64,000 bases of DNA from Candidatus Binataceae bacterium (GCA_963803045.1 CAWDLC010000019.1:17542-81541), one strand, 5' to 3'; numbered from the stretch's first letter, positions 9,261 to 21,297 are shown. Notes: generated from the letters alone by a model not told the origin. Numbers and translations are program-made.

Positions 9261-9678
9261 GAACAAACGGAGGACGGCAGGAGCCGCCCCTTGCGTCGTC
9301 GTGGTCGTAGCGCAGCCGCCGCTCCTGAGAATCCGACTCCGCAGCCGGCCGCAGCACAACGCGGCCCGCGCCGAAACGTCCGACCACTTCGTGCGGAATT
9401 GTACCGTCCTGGATCGGCACGCGCACCAGGCTTTTCTTGGCCCGATCGACGCCCTTGCGAATCGCCTCGGGCACTTCGTTGGCCTTGCCCAAGCCAAATC
9501 CCACCAGCCCGTTGTGATCGCCTGCGACCACCAGCGCGCTGAAGCTGAAGCGCCGTCCGCCCTTGACGACCTTGGCGACGCGGTTGATATGCACGACCTT
9601 CTCTTTGATCTCGAGGCCCTGCGGATCGATTCGCTGCGTAACAGAGCTTTCTCTTAGCGTTCGTTGCCTGCCGTTCAA
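9202..9678 (-). pseudogene. rpsE: 30S ribosomal protein S5 (uS5), 3'-truncated; homology ends at about 9340
   Basis: The first 113 codons are canonical ([49 protein letters not shown]...[14 protein letters not shown]). The remaining 45 codons ([15 protein letters not shown]...) are non-homologous and run antisense into the ATPase gene's 3' end. Confidence 0.8.
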
Positions 9679-10037
9679 AATTTTAACCCCGCTTCGCGCG
9701 CCGCATCGGCCAGCGCCTTGACGCGGCCGTGATAGAGAAATCCGTTTCGGTCGAACACGACGCTCGAAATCCCGCTCTTAAGGCATCGCTCGGCAATCGC
9801 CTTGCCCACGGCCTTGGCCGCCGCCAGGTTGCGCTTGCTCTTGAGCCCCTCGCGCACGCCGGCGGTGGCGGTCGAAGCCGCGGCGAGCGTACGTCCGCTC
9901 TCGTCGGAGATAACCTGGACGTAAATATGATGCAGCGAGCGGAAGACCGAGAGCCGCGGGCGCTGGTCGTTGCCGACCGCCTTGCGCCGCACCCGGTTCT
10001 GGCGCAGCTTGCGTTTTTCTGATCGCTCTACAGCCAT
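9675..10037 (-). CDS. rplR: 50S ribosomal protein L18
   Basis: A 120-aa intact ORF with [20 protein letters not shown]...[28 protein letters not shown], at the expected spc-operon position. Confidence 0.95.
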   Translation of the reverse strand: MAVERSEKRKLRQNRVRRKAVGNDQRPRLSVFRSLHHIYVQVISDESGRTLAAASTATAGVREGLKSKRNLAAAKAVGKAIAERCLKSGISSVVFDRNGFLYHGRVKALADAAREAGLKF

Positions 10038-10052
10038 AATCGCAACTAACCT

Positions 10053-10604
10053 TTATGCCGCGGTCGAGCCCGCCGCAGCCTTGCCTGCTTTGCGGCGAAT
10101 GGTCTCGGTCGCGTACTTGATTCCCTTGCCCTTGTACGGTTCGGGCGGCCTGAGTTCGCGAATCTGGGCCGCGACCGTCCCGAGCAGCTGCCGGTCGGCG
10201 CTCTCGAGGGTAACGGTCACCTGTTTCTCGACTTTGGCGGTGACCCCGGGCGGAAGCTGATAGACGATCGGATGCGAATAGCCGAGCGTCAGGTTGACTT
10301 GCTGGCCCTTGGCTTCCGCGCGGTAGCCCACGCCGTTTATCTCGAGCACGCGGGTAAATCCCTTGCCGACGCCCTCGACCATGTTGGCGATCAATTTGCG
10401 CATGAGACCATGTATGGCGCGCTCTTCGCTGCTATCGCCCGGCCGCTTCACGACGATTTGCGAGTCCTTGATCTCGGCGGTGAAGCCGGGATGAAGCTGG
10501 AGCTCGAGCTTGCCCTTGGGGCCCTCGACTTTAACCGTCGTGCCGGCGACCGACGCCTTGACGCTCTTATCAAGATGAATCGGCAGTCTTCCTATCCGCG
10601 ACAT
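10053..10604 (-). CDS. rplF: 50S ribosomal protein L6
   Basis: A 183-aa intact ORF with MSRIGRLPI...INGVGYRAE...LGYSHPIVY...PEPYKGKGIKY. Confidence 0.95.
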   Translation of the reverse strand: MSRIGRLPIHLDKSVKASVAGTTVKVEGPKGKLELQLHPGFTAEIKDSQIVVKRPGDSSEERAIHGLMRKLIANMVEGVGKGFTRVLEINGVGYRAEAKGQQVNLTLGYSHPIVYQLPPGVTAKVEKQVTVTLESADRQLLGTVAAQIRELRPPEPYKGKGIKYATETIRRKAGKAAAGSTAA

Positions 10605-10610
10605 CGCTGA

Positions 10611-11009
10611 TCACCAAACCCTGCAGAGGATTTCGCCGCCCACGTTCCTGCGCCGCGCCTCGCGTCCGGTCATTACGCCGAGCGGCGTCGATACGATTTG
10701 CACGCCCATCGCGCCCCGCACCTTGCCGATCTCTGCGGCGCCCGCGTAGCGTCGATTGCTCGGCTTGCTGATGCGGTCGATTCCGCGAATCACCGATTCG
10801 CGCGTCGGTGAGTAACGAAGTTTGAGCGCCAGCATCTTCTTGGGCACTTCACCGCCAACCTCGACGCCGCCGAGGAAACCTTCGGCCATCAGCACGCGGC
10901 AAATTGCTTCGCGCATGCGGGAATGGGGCACCGTGAGTTCATTGTACCGCGCGCGCATCGCATTGCGGATTCGCGTAAGCAGTTCTGCGATCGGATCGGT
11001 CTGCGACAT
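10611..11009 (-). CDS. rpsH: 30S ribosomal protein S8
   Basis: A 132-aa intact ORF with DPIAELLTRIRNA...GGEILCRVW. Confidence 0.95.
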   Translation of the reverse strand: MSQTDPIAELLTRIRNAMRARYNELTVPHSRMREAICRVLMAEGFLGGVEVGGEVPKKMLALKLRYSPTRESVIRGIDRISKPSNRRYAGAAEIGKVRGAMGVQIVSTPLGVMTGREARRRNVGGEILCRVW

Positions 11010-11021
11010 GATTCGTCTCTT

Positions 11022-11207
11022 TTACCAGCTCGCCTTGATCACGCCCGGCAACTTGCCGTCGAGCGCCAGTTTGCGCAGACAAAGCCTGCACATTTTGAAA
11101 CGCCGATAGTACGCGCGCGCGCGTCCGCATAGCGGACAGCGGTTGTACCGGCGCACTTTGAATTTTGGTTCACGGGTTGCCTTAACCCGCAGGCACATTT
11201 TCGCCAT
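11022..11207 (-). CDS. rpsN: 30S ribosomal protein S14, type Z (zinc-binding)
   Basis: A 61-aa ORF with CPLCGR...CRLC and the GVIKASW end. Confidence 0.95.
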   Translation of the reverse strand: MAKMCLRVKATREPKFKVRRYNRCPLCGRARAYYRRFKMCRLCLRKLALDGKLPGVIKASW

Positions 11208-11217
11208 TCAACTATCC

Positions 11218-12050
11218 TTATGCCCCCTGCGCCGGTGCCAGCGCCGCCGCGGCTGCGGCGGCGGCCTTGGCGGCAGCTGCGGCCTCGGCGGCGGCCGCAG
11301 CCTTGGCCGCGTCCGCCTCGCGCTCCGCCGCTCCGCGCATCGGCATCCCGAGCGCGCGGAGCAGCGTCAGCCCCTCGAAGTCACTGCGCGCCGTAGTCGT
11401 GATCGAAATTGTCAATCCCTTCACCTTCTCGACCTTGTCGAGGTTGAGTTCGGGAAAAATCGTATGTTCCTTCAGCCCGAGCGAATAGTTGCCGCGGCCG
11501 TCGAACGCCTTGTCGCTGACGCCGCGGAAGTCGCGCACGCGCGGCAGCGAGATATTCACCAGCCGGTCGAAAAACTCCCACATCTTTTCGCGCCGCAGCG
11601 TTACCATCACGCCAATCGGCATCCCCTGGCGCAGCTTGAAATTCGAAATCGCCTTGCGCGCGCGCGTCAACACCGGCTTCTGCCCGGCGATCACTTGACA
11701 GCTCTTCGAGCGCGGAGTCGAGAATTTTGACGTTGTCGCGCGCTTCCTGGAGCGCCATGTTAATCGTGATCTTCTCAAGGCGCGGCACCCGCATCCGGTT
11801 GTCTATCTTGAGCTCGCGCATCAGGGCCGGCGCGATCTCATTGTCGAACCGAACCGCAGGCGGGCCGGCAGCTTGGGCTCGGGCGGCAGCGGCGCCGCAG
11901 CCGCGGCCTTGGCTTGTTCGGCCGCCTGCTTGCTCTGAGCCTGGCGGGCCTTGCCTTCGCGCTTGGCCTTGGCCGCCTGATCGGACTTGGCGGTCTGTTC
12001 GGACTTGGCGGCTGCTCGGCCTTGTCGGGCTTTCCCTTTTTGTCGGCCAT
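11218..12050 (-). CDS. rplE: 50S ribosomal protein L5 with low-complexity N- and C-terminal extensions; three frame changes (about 12010, 11853, 11698)
   Basis: The conserved core is [36 protein letters not shown]...[46 protein letters not shown]. It is split over ORFs 11381..11821 and 11218..11778. The only start is ATG 12050 (TGATG overlap with the rplX stop), which opens [36 protein letters not shown].... Confidence 0.85.
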
Positions 12051-12382
12051 CAGTCGTTACCTATCACTTCGCCGCAGCGGCGGCAGACCCGGCTCTTGGC
12101 GCCGTCAGCGGCAACCTTGACCCCGACCCTGACCGGAGCGTTGCAGCGATCGCAAAAAAACATGACGTTCGAGATGGCGATGGGCGCTTCCTTCTCGACG
12201 ATACCGCCGGGGCTCTGCGCGCCGCGCGGCTTGCTGTGACGCTTGACGATATTGAGCCGCTCGACGATGACGCGTCCGCGCTCCGGCAGCACGCGCATCA
12301 CCTTGCCGGTCTTGCCCCGGTCGCGGCCGGTGACGACCATCACGATGTCATTCTTCTTGATTCTGTATTTCGCCGACGCCAT
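12050..12382 (-). CDS. rplX: 50S ribosomal protein L24 (with C-terminal Cys4 ribbon)
   Basis: It has the KOW motif IKKNDIVMVVTGRDRGKTGKV. The C-terminus carries CDRC-x19-CRRC, as I recall for Thermus L24. The start is ATG 12382 (GTG 12385 is an alternative). Confidence 0.9.
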   Translation of the reverse strand: MASAKYRIKKNDIVMVVTGRDRGKTGKVMRVLPERGRVIVERLNIVKRHSKPRGAQSPGGIVEKEAPIAISNVMFFCDRCNAPVRVGVKVAADGAKSRVCRRCGEVIGND

Positions 12383-12751
12383 CACAGCACCTCCGGCGCG
12401 AGCGAGATGATCTTCAGAAACTTTTTCGCGCGCAGCTCGCGGGCCACCGGTCCAAAGATGCGGGTGCCGACCGGCTCGTGATCCTTGTCGAGCAGCACCG
12501 CCGAGTTGCCGTCAAAGCGGATGTAACTGCCGTCGTCGCGGCTGATTTCCTTGGCCGTTGCGCACGATAACCGCGCGCGACACGTCGCCCTTTTTGACCT
12601 TGGCGTTGGGAATCGCCTCTTTGACCGCGACCACGATCACGTCGCCGACCGACGCGTATCGGCGCTTGGAGCCGCCAAGCACCTTGATACACATCACTTT
12701 GCGGGCGCCCGAGTTATCGGCGACATCCAGAACCGTTTGTACCTGTACCAT
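12382..12751 (-). CDS. rplN: 50S ribosomal protein L14; one frame change near 12555
   Basis: ORF 12512..12751 gives [27 protein letters not shown]...SRAVIVR. The remainder ([57 protein letters not shown]) is in another frame and stops at 12382-12384. Confidence 0.9.
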
Positions 12752-12760
12752 CGCGCTGCC

Positions 12761-13015
12761 CTACCCCGCGGCCTTCTTGAGAACGCGGCTGACGCGCCAG
12801 CGCTTGTTCTTCGAGAGCGGGCGCGACTCGATAATCTGCACGCGATCGCCTTCCTTGCACTCGCCGCGTTCGTCGTGCGCCATGAAGCGGGTGCTGCGGC
12901 GCACGCGCTTGCCGTACAAGGCATGCTCGACCATGCGGTCCACCCTGACCACCACGGTCTTGGCCATCTTGGCGGACACCACAGTGCCCTCGCGCCGTTT
13001 AATTCGTTCCCGCAT
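12761..13015 (-). CDS. rpsQ: 30S ribosomal protein S17
   Basis: An 84-aa intact ORF with [18 protein letters not shown]...[27 protein letters not shown]. Confidence 0.95.
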   Translation of the reverse strand: MRERIKRREGTVVSAKMAKTVVVRVDRMVEHALYGKRVRRSTRFMAHDERGECKEGDRVQIIESRPLSKNKRWRVSRVLKKAAG

Positions 13016-13232
13016 TGACTACCTTCTTGTCCGCCGCAGCCGGGCCGCGCGCTTTCTCACCGAGCAAAGTCATGATGAGCGCCAGCTCGCGGCGTGCGCG
13101 GCGATAGCCGGCGTGATTATCCAGCTGATTGGTGCGCAGCTTGAGCCGCAGCCGGAAAATTTCCTCGCGCGCCTCGCGCTCCTTGACGCGCAAATCCGGC
13201 GCGGTCATCTGCCTTAGTTCATCAAGCTCCAA
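12999..13232 (-). CDS. rpmC: 50S ribosomal protein L29
   Basis: A 77-aa ORF with a TTG start and [33 protein letters not shown]. It overlaps both rplP and rpsQ. Confidence 0.9.
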   Translation of the reverse strand: MELDELRQMTAPDLRVKEREAREEIFRLRLKLRTNQLDNHAGYRRARRELALIMTLLGEKARGPAAADKKVVNAGTN

Positions 13233-13647
13233 GGCCGCCCTCCTCGCGCTGGATCATAATTGTTTTTATCGGCAGCTTGTGCGCCGCCAGCCGCATCGCT
13301 TCTTTTGCCGTGGCGTAATCGACGCCTTCCATCTCGAACAGAATCCTGCCCGGCCTGACGCACGCGACCCATCCTTCGGGCGAGCCCTTGCCCTTACCCA
13401 TGCGGGTTTCGGCCGGTTTTTTGGTGAAGGGCTTGTCGGGGAAGACGCGAATCCAGACGCGGCCGCCGCGCTTGATATGGCGGGTCAGCGCGATACGAGC
13501 GGCTTCGAGGGCGCGGGTATCGATGCGGCAAGTCTCGAGCGACTTGAGTCCATAGTCGCCAAACGCGAGCGTGAGTCCGCGCGACTCGGCGCCGCGGACG
13601 CGGCCCTTCATCATTTTGCGCCATTTAACTTTTTTTGGTGCGAGCAT
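13222..13647 (-). CDS. rplP: 50S ribosomal protein L16
   Basis: A 141-aa intact ORF with [16 protein letters not shown]...[16 protein letters not shown]. Confidence 0.95.
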   Translation of the reverse strand: MLAPKKVKWRKMMKGRVRGAESRGLTLAFGDYGLKSLETCRIDTRALEAARIALTRHIKRGGRVWIRVFPDKPFTKKPAETRMGKGKGSPEGWVACVRPGRILFEMEGVDYATAKEAMRLAAHKLPIKTIMIQREEGGLGA

Positions 13648-13656
13648 TTTGGTTCG

Positions 13657-14334
13657 TCAATTCGCCTGCGCAGGAGCGCCTGCGCGTTTCGCGTCCGCAT
13701 CCTTGCGGGTGAGAACCTCGCCGCGGAAAATCCAGACCTTCACGCCGATCTGGCCGTAGGTCGTGCGCGCTTCGGCAAATCCGTAAGCCACGTCCGCGCG
13801 CAGCGTCTGCAGCGGCACGCGACCCTCGCGGTACCATTCCTGCCGCGCGATTTCCGCGCCGCCCAGGCGTCCGGCGACGTGGACCTTGACGCCCTGCGCA
13901 CCCATCCGCATCGCGCGCGTGACGGCTTCCTTCATCGCGCGGCGAAAGGCCACGCGACGCTCGAGCTGGAGCGCGATATTCTCGGCGACCAGTTGCGGGT
14001 CGAGGTCGGGGCGGCGCACCTCGTGGATGTTGATAAACGAGTCGCGCCCCTTCATCAGCTTCTGGATATCGATCTTGAGCTTGTCGATTTCGGCGCCCTT
14101 CTTGCCGATGACGATGCCGGGGCGCGCCGTGTAAATATTTATTTTGGCCTTGTTGGCCATGCGCTCGATTTCAATCCGCGAGATGCCGGCGTGGTAGAGC
14201 CGCTTCTTGATGAAATCGCGCAGCTTCAAATCCTCGTGCAGCAATTTGGCGTAGTCGTGGCTCGCGTACCATCGGGAGTCCCAGCTTTCGATGATGCCGA
14301 GGCGAAACCCGCGCGGATGTACTTTCTGTCCCAT
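13657..14334 (-). CDS. rpsC: 30S ribosomal protein S3
   Basis: The start is the internal ATG 14334 of ORF 13657..14622. The translation has [15 protein letters not shown]...[17 protein letters not shown] (KH domain)...[10 protein letters not shown]. Confidence 0.95.
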   Translation of the reverse strand: MGQKVHPRGFRLGIIESWDSRWYASHDYAKLLHEDLKLRDFIKKRLYHAGISRIEIERMANKAKINIYTARPGIVIGKKGAEIDKLKIDIQKLMKGRDSFINIHEVRRPDLDPQLVAENIALQLERRVAFRRAMKEAVTRAMRMGAQGVKVHVAGRLGGAEIARQEWYREGRVPLQTLRADVAYGFAEARTTYGQIGVKVWIFRGEVLTRKDADAKRAGAPAQAN

Positions 14335-14342
14335 CGAAGACC

Positions 14343-14681
14343 TCAGGACGCCCGTTCGTCCACGATTACCGTGAGATGGCTGGTGCGTTTGTGGATCGGC
14401 GTCGAATGCATATGTGCGCGCGTCAGCGATCGCTTCCAGGTCGGCCCGGTGTCGGCGGTCGCGCGTTTTACGAACAACTTGTCCTCGTCCACGTTCTGCT
14501 GATCGCGCGCGTTGGCGATTGCGGCCAGCAGAGTTTTGGAGACGAACCGAGCGGCCTTCTTGGGCGTGAACTCGAGGATCGACAGCGCCTGATCGACTTT
14601 CTTGCCCGCGATCAACTCGCATACAAGCGCGAGCTTGCGTGGCGAGATCCTGATGAAGCGGGTTCGCGATACGGATTCCAT
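14343..14681 (-). CDS. rplV: 50S ribosomal protein L22
   Basis: A 112-aa intact ORF with [34 protein letters not shown]... Confidence 0.95.
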   Translation of the reverse strand: MESVSRTRFIRISPRKLALVCELIAGKKVDQALSILEFTPKKAARFVSKTLLAAIANARDQQNVDEDKLFVKRATADTGPTWKRSLTRAHMHSTPIHKRTSHLTVIVDERAS

Positions 14682-14701
14682 GACTGTTACAACTTCCCCG
14701 C

Positions 14702-15028
14702 TTACGCGCCCTTGGCCGCGGCCGGAGCCGGTGCGGCGGGAGCGGCAGCCTGCTTCACTTCGCCCTTGCGATCGCCGGCATGACCGTGGAAGGTCCGGGT
14801 CGGCGCGAATTCGCCGAGCTTGTGGCCGACCATGTTCTCGGTGCAGTACACGGGGATGAACTTGTGCCCGTTGTGGACGGCGAACGTCAGCGCGATCATG
14901 TCCGGCGTTATCATCGAGCGCCGCGACCAGGTCTTGATGATTCGCTTGTCGCCCGAGGCGGACGCGGCGGTGACTTTTTTCTGCAGATGCCCGTCAACGA
15001 ACGGACCTTTTTTGAGTGACCTGGCCAT
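14702..15028 (-). CDS. rpsS: 30S ribosomal protein S19 (Ala/Pro-rich C-terminal tail)
   Basis: It has [12 protein letters not shown]...[29 protein letters not shown]...[13 protein letters not shown]. The tail is [17 protein letters not shown]. Confidence 0.95.
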   Translation of the reverse strand: MARSLKKGPFVDGHLQKKVTAASASGDKRIIKTWSRRSMITPDMIALTFAVHNGHKFIPVYCTENMVGHKLGEFAPTRTFHGHAGDRKGEVKQAAAPAAPAPAAAKGA

Positions 15029-15033
15029 AACGA

Positions 15034-15864
15034 TTAACGCTTCCCGCGCGGCCGGCGGCTAACGATCAGGTTGTCCGACGGTTGCTTCTTGCGCGTCTTG
15101 TAGCCCTTGGCGGGCTGGCCCCACGGCGACTGGGGATGGTTTCCCTTCGACTTGCCCTCGCCACCGCCGTGCGGATGGTCAACCGGGTTCATCGCGACTC
15201 CACGCACATGACTGCGCTTGCCAAGCCATCGCGAGCGTCCGGCCTTGCCGATAGAAATATTTTCGTGGTCGAGATTGCCGACCTGGCCGATAGTGGCGCG
15301 GCAATCGGCCTGCACCATCCGCTGCTCGCCCGAGGGCAGCTTGAGCAGCGCCATCTTGCCCTCTTTCGCCATCAACTGAGCCTGCACACCCGCGCCGCGC
15401 GCGAGCTTCGCGCCAGCTCCCGGTTTCATCTCGATGGCATGAACGACGGTGCCGAGCGGGATGTTCTTGAGCATGAGCGCGTTGCCCGGCTTGATGTCGG
15501 CATTCTCGCCCGACTCGACTTTGGCGCCGACCTTGAGCCCGTCGGGGGCCAGGATGTAGGTCTTGACGCCGTCGGCATAGTGGAGCAGCGCGATATTGGC
15601 GGAGCGATTGGGATCGTATTCGAGCGCGAAGACGACGGCCGGGATACCGTCGCGGTTGCGCTTGAAGTCGATCAGGCGAAGACGGCGCTTGTGTCCGCCG
15701 CCGCGATGACGCGAGGTCATGCGGCCGCGATTGTTGCGCCCGCCGGTGCGCTTGACCGGGACCAGCAGGCTTTTCTCGGGCTCTTTTTTGGTGAGCTCGG
15801 AGAAATCCGCTATCTGCATGAAGCGCTGGCCGGGGGTGCGCGGATTTAATTGTATGACTGCCAT
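15034..15864 (-). CDS. rplB: 50S ribosomal protein L2
   Basis: A 276-aa intact ORF with [19 protein letters not shown]...[18 protein letters not shown]. Confidence 0.95.
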   Translation of the reverse strand: MAVIQLNPRTPGQRFMQIADFSELTKKEPEKSLLVPVKRTGGRNNRGRMTSRHRGGGHKRRLRLIDFKRNRDGIPAVVFALEYDPNRSANIALLHYADGVKTYILAPDGLKVGAKVESGENADIKPGNALMLKNIPLGTVVHAIEMKPGAGAKLARGAGVQAQLMAKEGKMALLKLPSGEQRMVQADCRATIGQVGNLDHENISIGKAGRSRWLGKRSHVRGVAMNPVDHPHGGGEGKSKGNHPQSPWGQPAKGYKTRKKQPSDNLIVSRRPRGKR

Positions 15865-15947
15865 TTTTCTTTTTTCAGCTTTTTTCAGTATCTCTTCTGT
15901 CTAGCTCCGAACTCTGTTCCGGACATCGCGCTTCGATGCGGTTCCGT

Positions 15948-16235
15948 CTACAGCCCTTCGAAGAATTCGATCTTGTCGCCTTCCTTGAGGGTTACGTAGG
16001 CCTTCTTCCAGTCCATCTGGCGGCCCTTGATTGCGCCTTTTTTCCGTTCCTTGCCCATGAAGTTCGAAGTGCGAACCTTGAGGACGGTGACATTGAACAG
16101 ATGCTCGACAGCCTCGCGAATCTTGTCCTTGCTCGCCCCCGGGCGCACGCGGAACAGCACCTGGCCGGCCTTTTCGCTGGCCATGGTGCCCTTCTCGGTG
16201 ATGATCGGCGCGAGAATCAGACTCTCGGGGTTCAT
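15948..16235 (-). CDS. rplW: 50S ribosomal protein L23
   Basis: A 95-aa intact ORF with LAPIITEKGT...FRVRPGASKDKIREAVEHLFNVTV...WKKAYVTL. Confidence 0.95.
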   Translation of the reverse strand: MNPESLILAPIITEKGTMASEKAGQVLFRVRPGASKDKIREAVEHLFNVTVLKVRTSNFMGKERKKGAIKGRQMDWKKAYVTLKEGDKIEFFEGL

Positions 16236-16891
16236 TTCGTTTCTCCGGCAAATCGGGCTTCAATTGCCTTGGCGGTCTGGCTGGTCATCACGAGTTCCCG
16301 GTAATTGAGCACGTCGTAAACGTTAAGCCCTTCGACGGCGAGCACCTTGTGCGCGGCGAGGTTGCGCGCGGCGAGAAAAAACTTGCCATCGCCTTCGCCC
16401 AGCACTATCAGCGCGTGCTCGAGGCCGAGCTTGTCGAGCGCGGCCTTGGCGGCTTTGGTTTTCGGCTCGGAAAGATCGAGCGACTCGACGACGAACAGCT
16501 TGCCGTTGCGGGCGCGATCGGAAATCGCGAGGCAGAGCGCGGCGCGCCACGCCTTTTTCGGCATTTTGTACGAATAGTCGCGCGGCTGCGGGCCGAAGAT
16601 GGTTCCGCCGTGACGCCATAGCGGGGATCGCGTCGATCCTGCGCGCGCGCGTCCGGTTCCCTTCTGCCGCCACGGCTTGCGGCCGCCGCCGGAGATGAGT
16701 CCCTTGGTCTTGGTGGACGCCGTTCCGGCGCGCCGATTGGCAAGCTGCATCCGGACCGCCTCGTGCAGCAGCGACGGATCGCCGTCGCGGCCGAAAACTG
16801 TGCCGGCGACTTCGAGCTCGCCGATTTTCTCATGGGCGGCCGAGTACAGCGGCAGCTTGACCGGCAATAGATTTTCGGTCCGCTCAGGCAT
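16232..16891 (-). CDS. rplD: 50S ribosomal protein L4
   Basis: A 219-aa intact ORF with GGGRKPWRQKGTGRARAGSTRSPLWRHGGTIFGP. Confidence 0.95.
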   Translation of the reverse strand: MPERTENLLPVKLPLYSAAHEKIGELEVAGTVFGRDGDPSLLHEAVRMQLANRRAGTASTKTKGLISGGGRKPWRQKGTGRARAGSTRSPLWRHGGTIFGPQPRDYSYKMPKKAWRAALCLAISDRARNGKLFVVESLDLSEPKTKAAKAALDKLGLEHALIVLGEGDGKFFLAARNLAAHKVLAVEGLNVYDVLNYRELVMTSQTAKAIEARFAGETK

Positions 16892-17554
16892 TGGCCACCT
16901 TCACATTCGCGCGGCGGCGCGGGCGGGCCGCGTGATGAACGACGAGCAAGGCTCCGTCGGGTCCGGGCACCGCGCCCGACACGACGACTGCGTTGTCGTC
17001 GGGAAGTATCTCGAGCACCTCGAGGTTCAGGATCGAGGCAGTCTCATTGCCCATCTGCCCCGCCATCCTCATCCCTTTGCGCACGCGTCCGGGATACGAG
17101 CGGTTACCGATCGATCCGCCGTGGCGGAAATACTCGTGGGTGCCGTGGGAGCCGGGGAAGCCGGAAAAATGGTGGCGCTTGATGACGCCGGCGTAGCCGT
17201 GGCCCTTGGAGACGCCGGTCACATCGACCTGGTCGCCGACCTTGAACACGTCGGCAGCGGCAATCGGCTGTCCGAGCTTCAACTCGCCTTCGCCGCGGCG
17301 TTCGAACTCGCCCGATCTCGATTCCGGCCGCGATGTTCGGCGCGCGCGAAATGGCCGCGCTCGCCGCCGGTCACGCGGCTGAGCTTCTTCTTGCCAAAGG
17401 TGACCTGCACGGCTTCGTAGCCGTCGGTCGCCGCGGTCTTCAACTGGGTGACGGTGCATGGACCGAGCGTCAACACGGTGGCGGCGCGCACGCGGCCGGC
17501 GGCGTCGGTCATCTGGGTCATCCCGATTTTCTTTCCAATCAATCCGGTCAGCAT
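16884..17554 (-). CDS. rplC: 50S ribosomal protein L3; at least one (probably two) frame changes near 17300-17335
   Basis: The N-terminus comes from ORF 17279..17554 (MLTGLIGKKIGMTQMTD...GHFARA). The C-terminus comes from ORF 16884..17678 (EFERRGEGELKLGQ...VDVTGVSKGHGYAGVIKRHHFSG...HGTHEYFRHGGSIG). A short NIAAGIEIG piece fits the third frame. Confidence 0.9.
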
Positions 17555-17559
17555 CGGCC

Positions 17560-17868
17560 CTACTCGAGCTTGATTTCGACGTCCACGCCCGCGGCCAGGT
17601 CGAGCTTGCCCAGCGCGTCGATGGTCTGCTGGGTCGGCTCGAGCACGTCGAGCAGACGTTTATGAGTGCGAATTTCAAAATGCTCGCGCGACTTTTTGTC
17701 CACGTGCGGCGAGCGGTTGACGGTGAAGCGCTCGATGCGGGTCGGCAGCGGAATCGGCCCGGCGACGCGGCCGCCGGTGCGCCGGATGGTATCCACGATT
17801 TCGCGCACCGACTGATCGAGCAGGCGGTAGTCGTACGCCTTGAGGCGTATGCGTATCTTGTCGTTCAT
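17560..17868 (-). CDS. rpsJ: 30S ribosomal protein S10
   Basis: A 102-aa intact ORF with [23 protein letters not shown]...[33 protein letters not shown]. Confidence 0.95.
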   Translation of the reverse strand: MNDKIRIRLKAYDYRLLDQSVREIVDTIRRTGGRVAGPIPLPTRIERFTVNRSPHVDKKSREHFEIRTHKRLLDVLEPTQQTIDALGKLDLAAGVDVEIKLE

Positions 17869-17944
17869 CCTGGGAATACCGCGCCCGATTCGTTAAGCGC
17901 TCTGCTCCATCTCCGCTCGATTGCGCACCCTGCTTCGGTGTCCG

Positions 17945-19146
<1,202 letters not shown>

Positions 19147-19184
19147 GATGTAACCTCCGATTGAGCGCCTTGGCTCACGAGTCG

Positions 19185-21280
19185 TTATGCACGCGCGCGC
19201 GAATCGCCGCCTTCGGCGTCGCGCGCCGTCAACTCCTCAAAAATATTTCGCGGCACGGGTTCATACGCGCCGAACTGCATGGTGTAAGTTGCGCGGCCCT
19301 GGGTCATCGAGCGCAGCCGCGTGGCGTAACCGAACATGGTGGCGAGCGGGACGCGGGCCTCGATGACCTGCGCGCCGGCGCGATTTTCCATGTCGAGAAT
19401 CTTGCCGCGCCGCCCGCTGAGATCGCCGATCACCTCGCCCATGAACTCCTGCGGGGTGACGACCTCGACCTCCATGACGGGCTCGAGCAGAATCGGGTCG
19501 GCCTTTTCGCAGCATTCCTTGAACGCCATCGAGCCGGCGATCTTAAACGCGAGTTCCGACGAGTCCACCTCATGGTACTTGCCGTCGAGCACGATGGCCT
19601 TGATATCGACCATCGGATAGCCGGCGACGACGCCGTTTTCCATCGCCTCTTTGACGCCGTCTTCGATCGACGGAATGAAATTGCGCGGAATCGATCCGCC
19701 CTTGGTGCCGTCCTCGAACTCAAAGCCGGAGCCCTTGGGGAGCGGCTCGATGCGCAGCTCGACGATGCCGTATTGGCCGTGGCCGCCGCTCTGGCGGACG
19801 AACTTGCCCTCGGCTTCGGAGGCGCGCCTGATGGTCTCGCGATAGGCGACCTGCGGCTTGCCGATATTGGCGTCAACTTTGAACTCGCGCAGCATGCGAT
19901 CGACGATGATCTCGAGATGCAACTCGCCCATGCCGGCGATCAGGGTCTGCGAGGTTTCCTTGTTGACGCTGACGCGGAACGACGGGTCTTCCTTGGCGAG
20001 CTTCTGGAGCGCCTCGGCGAGCTTCTCCTGGTCGGCCTTGGTCTTGGGCTCGATGGCAATCTGGATGACGGGCGCGGGAAACTCGATGGACTCGAGCACG
20101 ATGGGCGCGGCCGGATCGCATAGCGTGTCGCCGGTGTTGGTATCGCGCAGGCCGACGGCGCAAATCTCGCCGGCGTAAACCTCGTTAAGCTCCTCGCGCT
20201 TGTTCGCATGCATCTTGAACATGCCGGCCGACGCGTTCGCGCTTGCCGCGCGTCGAGTTGAGCACCGAGGTGCCGGTCTCGAGCTTGCCCGAGTACAGCC
20301 GCAGGAAGGTCAGCGTGCCGAGGTACGGGTCGGTCATTATCTTGAAGGCGAGCGCGGAGAACGGTGCGTCGTCGCGCGGCCATCGCTCTTCGATCTTGTC
20401 GCCCGACCTTGCCGACGACCGGCGGCAGGTCCAGCGGCGACGGCAGGTAGTCGACCACCGCGTCGAGCATCGGCTGCACGCCCTTGTTGCGGAAGGCGGA
20501 GCCGAGAATCACCGGCGTAATCGCCATCTTGAGTGTGGCGGCGCGAATCGCGGCGCGAATCTGGTCGGGCTCGGGCGCCTTGCCTTCGAGATAAAGCTCC
20601 ATGATGTGCTCGTCGTGATCGGCGAGCGTCTCGATCATCTTGTCGCGGTATCCCGCGGCCTGCTCCTTCAAGTCGGCCGGGATCCCTTCGACGCGGTAGC
20701 TCGCGCCGAGCCGATCCTCGTCCCAAATCAGCGCCTTGCGATCGATCAGATCGACCAGCCCGGTGAACTTTTCTTCGGCGCCGATCGGCAGATGCAGCAG
20801 CAGCGGCGTCGCCTTGAGCTTGTCGCGCATCTCCTGCACGACGCGCTCGAACTCCGCGCCGACGCGATCCATCTTGTTGATAAATGCAACCCGCGGCACG
20901 CGGTACTTGTCGGCCTGACGCCAGACGGTTTCCGACTGCGGCTCGACGCCGCCGACCGCGCAGAACACCGCGACCGCGCCATCGAGCACGCGCAGCGAGC
21001 GCTCGACTTCAATGGTGAAATCGACGTGTCCCGGCGTGTCGATAATATTGATGCGGTTGTCGCGCCAGAAGCAGGTGGTCGCCGCCGACGTGATCGTGAT
21101 GCCGCGCTCCTGCTCCTGCACCATCCAGTCCATGGTCGCGGTGCCTTCGTGCACCTCGCCGATCTTGTAGTTGATGCCGGTGTAGAAGAGCACGCGCTCG
21201 GTGGTGGTGGTTTTGCCGGCATCGATGTGCGCCATGATGCCGATATTGCGCACCCGTTCTATTGGTGTCTGACGAGCCAT
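19185..21280 (-). CDS. fusA: elongation factor G; two frame changes (about 20403 and 20228)
   Basis: The N-terminal piece is ORF 19940..21280 ([20 protein letters not shown]...DTPGHVDF...NKMDR). A middle piece ([46 protein letters not shown]) is in a third frame. The C-terminal piece is ORF 19185..20222 ([19 protein letters not shown]...). Confidence 0.95.
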
Positions 21281-21297
21281 CTAAAAAAACTCGGTGA

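Noticed and set aside
9150-9340. The possibility that the missing S5 C-terminal domain is present but frame-shifted.
   Set aside because: I translated all three minus-strand frames. Only vague resemblances appear ([21 protein letters not shown]), with no NPxN motif or C-terminal helix. On the plus strand the same DNA clearly encodes the ATPase C-terminus.
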